Assembly: GCA_018920365.1 (NCBI GenBank)
Contig: JAHLMM010000001.1
Span: 199,628 to 263,627 of the forward strand
From: Candidatus Aenigmatarchaeota archaeon
GTDB lineage: Archaea > Aenigmatarchaeota > Aenigmatarchaeia > CG10238-14
Direction of reading: 5' to 3'
Length of the DNA: 64,000 nucleotides
Of the stretch, positions 59,611-64,000 are shown in pieces (within the stretch, counting starts at the first letter, position 1; each line of letters opens with the position of its first letter). Under the pieces are notes generated by a model. It saw only the letters and a list, made by a program, of their open reading frames with translations, made no database searches and had not been told where the DNA came from. Made by a program: the position numbers and the translations under genes.

Positions 59611-62600
59611 CTGATGTGTTTTTTGATGGAAAATATTTTGGAAGTGTTAAGGACCCGGTAAAATTAGTTAATTCAATAAGGGAAAAGAGAAGAAAAGGTC
59701 AATTGTCAGATCAGATTAATGCATCATATCTTGAACACTTTGATATAGTAATGATATCTACAGATTCTGGTAGAGCAAGAAGACCATTAATAGTAGTCGA
59801 AAACGGAAAACCAAAATTGACAAAAGAACATTTAAACATGCTTGAGAGTGGAAAGATAAAATGGAGTGATTTGATTTCTCAAGGTATAATAGAATATTTG
59901 GATGCAACTGAAGAAGAAAATGCATTGATTGCTTTAAAACCAGAAGATTTAACACAAAAACACACACATTTGGAATTAGATCCCACAATAATAATGGGTG
60001 TTGCTACATCTCTTGTTCCATTTGCAGAATTTAACAGAGGAGACAGAGTAAATTTTGGCGCAAAAATGATAGGCCAAGCGATAGGTATGTATTCAATAAA
60101 CTTTCCTGTTAGAGTTGACACAAAATCAAATATAATGATATATCCTCAAGTGCCTATTGTAAAGACACACATGAATGATATAATAAATGATCAAGATCAT
60201 CCTGGCGGTCACAATGTAGTTATTGCAATGATGCCGTTTTTGGGTTATAACATGGAGGATGCTGTTGTCATAAACAAATCATCCATTGAAAGAGGGTTGT
60301 TTTGGTCATACATGTTCAGATCATATGAAGCCGAGGAAAAAAGATATTTGGGTGGTCAAGAGGATATAATAGGAATACCTGAACCTGGAATAAGAGGTTA
60401 TGCTGGTGAAGATGCGTATAAACATTTACCAGAAGATGGTATAGTAAATCCTGAAACAAAACTCAAAAAAGAGGATGTTATAATAGGCAAATCATCACCG
60501 CTGAGATTCTTGGGTAGTTTAGATCAATTCACAACAGGCTTGGAAAATATAAGAGAAACTTCTGTTAGACTAAAACATGGAACAGAAGGTATAGTTGATA
60601 GAGTTTTTATTACAGAAAGTTTTGAAGGAAATAAACTTGTAAAAGTTGTTGTGAGAGATTTGAAAATACCTGAATTAGGAGATAAATTTGCCAGCAGACA
60701 TGGACAAAAAGGCGTTTTAGGTTTAATAATAAATCAGGAAGAATTACCATTCACAGAAGATGGTATTACACCTGACATAATTTTTAATCCTCATGGCATA
60801 CCATCTAGAATGACAATAGGGCAGATTTTAGAAATATTATCAAGCAAGGTAGGTGCTTTGACTGGTAAAAGGATAACAAGTTCTGCATTCCATCCTTTTG
60901 ATGAAAAGACAATAAGAGAAACTTTGAAAAAATATGGGTTTGATGATGATGGAAAAGAGTTTATGTATGACAGCAGAAATGGCCAAAAATTGATAAATAA
61001 AATCCTAATAGGAGAGATATATTATCAGAAACTAGATCATCTTGTTTCAAACAAAATGTATTCAAGATCAAAAGGTCCTGTGACACTTTTGACAAAACAA
61101 CCAACAGAAGGAAAATCAAAAATGGGTGGTTTGAGACTAGGTGAAATGGAAAAAGACTGTTTAATTGCACACGGTGCTTCGTTGCTTTTGAAGGAAAGAT
61201 TTGATTCAGATAAGATAATGATATCAATATGCAAAGATTGTGGTATAGAAGCTATAAATGATAGGGTTAAAAATAAAAAATTCTGCCCAATGTGTGGTGG
61301 TTCAAAGACTGTTGATATTGACATGTCATATGCTTTCAAACTTTTACTAGACGAGCTAAAAAGCATGGCAATATATCCAAAAATAATTGTTGATGAGGAT
61401 TTGGGAATTATTGATAAAATGGTGTTTGGTATATTAACACCTGAAATGATAAAGAAAATATCAGCATCAAAAATAAGTAAAACAGAATTGTATGATCAAG
61501 AAGGCTATCCTGTTGAAGGAGGCTTGATGGATCCAAGACTTGGCGTTATAGATCCTGGATTGAGATGCAGAACATGCGGTGGAACAGTTGGTGATTGCAA
61601 AGGTCATTTCGGATACCTTGAATTGACAAAACCAGTGATACATGTAAATTACGCAAAGCTAATTTACAATATTTTAAGGTTCACATGCAGAAAATGCAAC
61701 AAGGTTTTGATAAGTCCTGATGATGTTGCAAAGTTCAAAGAAGGCAAAAAGTCAATGAAGAGACTAAAGACATTCATAAAATCAACATGCCCATATTGCA
61801 AAGAAAAACAGGGTAAGATAAAATACATCAAACCTACTACATATCAGGAAGATTCTGAAATATTGACAGCAGTGCAAGTAAGAGAAAGATTGGAAAAAAT
61901 ACCTGATAGCGAGCTAGAATATTTTGGTCTTAGAAAAATGAGGCCTGAAAATTTGGTTTTAACACTACTTCCAGTTCCACCAGTAACTGTGAGACCTTCT
62001 ATAACTTTGGAAACAGGTGAAAGATCAGAAGATGATTTGACACACAAGCTTGTAGATATTGTTAGAATAAACAAAAGATTGAGGGAAAATATAGAGTTGG
62101 GTGCACCTGATTTTATAATACAAGATTTATGGGAGCTTTTACAATATCACGTTGCAACTTATATGAATAATGAAATAACGGGCGTACCACCAGCTAGACA
62201 TAGATCAGGAAGAGTTTTGAAGACATTGGCACAAAGATTAAAGACAAAAGAAGGAAGATTTAGAAGCAATTTGATTGGTAAGAGAGTTAACTTTTCTGCA
62301 AGAACAGTTGTTAGCCCAGATCCATTTTTAGATATAAATGAGGTAGGCGTACCATTATCAGTTGCAACAGAATTGACCTTACCAGTTGTTGTAAATGAAA
62401 AGAATATTGAAAAGATAAGGCAGATGATAGAGAGATATCCAGAATGGCCAACAATAAATTATGTAAATAGACCAGATGGAAGAAGAAAGAAAGTCACAGA
62501 ATTGAACAAAGCTGATATAGCAAAAGAAATAGAACCTGGTTATATTGTTGAAAAACAGATAGAGAATGGCGATTGGGCAGTTTTCAATAGACAGCCATCA

Positions 62601-63887
62601 TTACACAGGATGAGCATGATGGGCCATAAGGTAAGAGTAATGCCTTATAATACATTTAGACTGAATTTATCGGTTGCACCGCCTTATAATGCAGATTTTG
62701 ATGGAGATGAGATGAACCTTCACATACCTCAAACAAAAGAGGCTCAAGTTGAAACAAAAATGCTTACAGAAGTTTCGACACAATTTAGAAGCCCAAGATT
62801 TAGTAGTGTTATAATAGGTGCAATAAATGATCATATAACAGGCTTGTACATACTGACAACAAAAATGAAGTTTTCAAGAAAAGATACAGTCTCTATTGTA
62901 AAGGCATGTGATCCAGAAATTCAAGTTCCTGACAAAAAAGAATTTACAGGAAAGGAAATATTCAGCTTATTCTTGCCAAAAGATTTTGATTTTGAATATT
63001 CAAAAGGAGATTTGAAAGTTGTGATAGAAAACGGTCAACTAGTAGAAGGAATAATCGATGAAAACGGTTTGGGTGCATTTAAAGGAAAACTGCTTGATGA
63101 AATTGAGAGAAGATATGGTGGTGAATTTACAAGGAAGTTGCTCTTTAACATGACAAAACTTTCTCTTGAAGTGTTGATGAGATATGGCTTTACTACTTCA
63201 ATATCTGATTATGACATTGATGAGAAGATAGTAAAACAAATAAATGATTTGCTTGAAAATGCAAAGAAAGAGATAAATGACATGATAAAAGATTTCAAAA
63301 AAGGCAAGATAAAAGAAATAGTAGGAAGAACAAAGAGAGAGACATTTGAAACATTGGTTAAAATAAAATTGGCTGATTTGCTAAATCAGATAACAACACT
63401 TGTCGCAAAGAACATAAAAGAGAATTCAATTTACATAATGGCTAAAAGTGGTGCTAGAGGCAGTCTAGTTAACATGGTTCAGTGCATTGCATGCCTTGGT
63501 CAAGAAACAATTAGAGGTGAAAGAATAAGGATAGGTTATTATAAAAGAACTTTGCCTCATTTTGAAAAAGGTGATATGAGTTTAGAATCAAGAGGTTTTG
63601 TTAGACACGGCTATAAAAATGGTTTGACACCGTTTGAATTTTTCTTTGATGCAATGAACAGTAGAGAAGGTCTTATGGATAAATCTTTAAAGACAAGACA
63701 TAGTGGTTATCTTGAAAGAAGATTGATAGGTGCATTAAAAGATTTGAAAGTAGAGTACGATGGTACTGTAAGAGATGCTTCAAAGAAAATTGTTCAGTTT
63801 ATTGCTGCTGAAGATGGTTTAGACCCATCGAGAATACAAAAAGGTGGTATAGATGTCGGAAAAATCGCTGAAAGATTATTTGGATGA
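59607..63887 (+). CDS. Fused RNA polymerase Rpo2C(B')-Rpo1N(A') polypeptide
   Basis: B' motifs GDKFASRHGQKG, GGLRLGEME, SYAFKLL run in frame into A' motifs GLMDPRLG, C.GHFG, GKRVNFSAR, NADFDGDEMN. Confidence 0.92.
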   Translation: MTDVFFDGKYFGSVKDPVKLVNSIREKRRKGQLSDQINASYLEHFDIVMISTDSGRARRPLIVVENGKPKLTKEHLNMLESGKIKWSDLISQGIIEYLDATEEENALIALKPEDLTQKHTHLELDPTIIMGVATSLVPFAEFNRGDRVNFGAKMIGQAIGMYSINFPVRVDTKSNIMIYPQVPIVKTHMNDIINDQDHPGGHNVVIAMMPFLGYNMEDAVVINKSSIERGLFWSYMFRSYEAEEKRYLGGQEDIIGIPEPGIRGYAGEDAYKHLPEDGIVNPETKLKKEDVIIGKSSPLRFLGSLDQFTTGLENIRETSVRLKHGTEGIVDRVFITESFEGNKLVKVVVRDLKIPELGDKFASRHGQKGVLGLIINQEELPFTEDGITPDIIFNPHGIPSRMTIGQILEILSSKVGALTGKRITSSAFHPFDEKTIRETLKKYGFDDDGKEFMYDSRNGQKLINKILIGEIYYQKLDHLVSNKMYSRSKGPVTLLTKQPTEGKSKMGGLRLGEMEKDCLIAHGASLLLKERFDSDKIMISICKDCGIEAINDRVKNKKFCPMCGGSKTVDIDMSYAFKLLLDELKSMAIYPKIIVDEDLGIIDKMVFGILTPEMIKKISASKISKTELYDQEGYPVEGGLMDPRLGVIDPGLRCRTCGGTVGDCKGHFGYLELTKPVIHVNYAKLIYNILRFTCRKCNKVLISPDDVAKFKEGKKSMKRLKTFIKSTCPYCKEKQGKIKYIKPTTYQEDSEILTAVQVRERLEKIPDSELEYFGLRKMRPENLVLTLLPVPPVTVRPSITLETGERSEDDLTHKLVDIVRINKRLRENIELGAPDFIIQDLWELLQYHVATYMNNEITGVPPARHRSGRVLKTLAQRLKTKEGRFRSNLIGKRVNFSARTVVSPDPFLDINEVGVPLSVATELTLPVVVNEKNIEKIRQMIERYPEWPTINYVNRPDGRRKKVTELNKADIAKEIEPGYIVEKQIENGDWAVFNRQPSLHRMSMMGHKVRVMPYNTFRLNLSVAPPYNADFDGDEMNLHIPQTKEAQVETKMLTEVSTQFRSPRFSSVIIGAINDHITGLYILTTKMKFSRKDTVSIVKACDPEIQVPDKKEFTGKEIFSLFLPKDFDFEYSKGDLKVVIENGQLVEGIIDENGLGAFKGKLLDEIERRYGGEFTRKLLFNMTKLSLEVLMRYGFTTSISDYDIDEKIVKQINDLLENAKKEINDMIKDFKKGKIKEIVGRTKRETFETLVKIKLADLLNQITTLVAKNIKENSIYIMAKSGARGSLVNMVQCIACLGQETIRGERIRIGYYKRTLPHFEKGDMSLESRGFVRHGYKNGLTPFEFFFDAMNSREGLMDKSLKTRHSGYLERRLIGALKDLKVEYDGTVRDASKKIVQFIAAEDGLDPSRIQKGGIDVGKIAERLFG

Positions 63888-64000
63888 ATTACCTAAAAGT
63901 ATAGTTGAGCAAATCGATCAAGTTTCATCTAAAATGAAATTGAATGAAAAACAAAAAGAACAGCTTACAAAAGAAGTTATTAAAGAATATTTCAAAAGTG
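63880..64000 (+). CDS. rpoA2: RNA polymerase subunit Rpo1C (A''), 3'-partial
   Basis: TTG start overlapping the upstream stop; MDELPKSIVEQI...; expected operon position. Confidence 0.7.
   Translation, partial: MDELPKSIVEQIDQVSSKMKLNEKQKEQLTKEVIKEYFKS

Overview
Gene-dense, AT-rich archaeal chromosome segment, probably from a DPANN archaeon (Aenigmarchaeota-like, by inference). Support for this: archaeal histone, RPA-RadA, split rpoB, archaeal ThrRS, class I CCA enzyme, Dph2, unlinked 5S rRNA, CCA-less tRNAs with BHB-type introns, and frequent gene overlaps. Contents in order: DNA-maintenance cluster, GH57/glycolysis genes, a copper/arsenic island (11.1-18.4 kb), SMC-ScpA, glmS, DHS-decarboxylase, a translation/tRNA-modification block, four tRNAs plus 5S, and the start of the RNA polymerase operon. 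Most notable points: (1) Elp3, Ncs6/TtuA and a Trm9-like methyltransferase clustered with tRNA-Gln(UUG), a candidate mcm5s2U34 locus; (2) an in-frame Rpo2C(B')-Rpo1N(A') fusion; (3) an 837-aa SMC with roughly half-length arms; (4) glmS with a GC-rich structured leader and an in-frame TAA at codon 38; (5) non-canonical D-loop tRNA introns, including a two-intron tRNA-Asp; (6) small ORFs missed by the ORF track, including a 15-aa Cys peptide behind a ferritin-like gene; (7) a membrane-anchored Cys/His wHTH regulator with a palindrome upstream of the cop genes. No CRISPR array, transposase, integrase or intein was recognised. All calls come from reading motifs by eye; no database searches were run.
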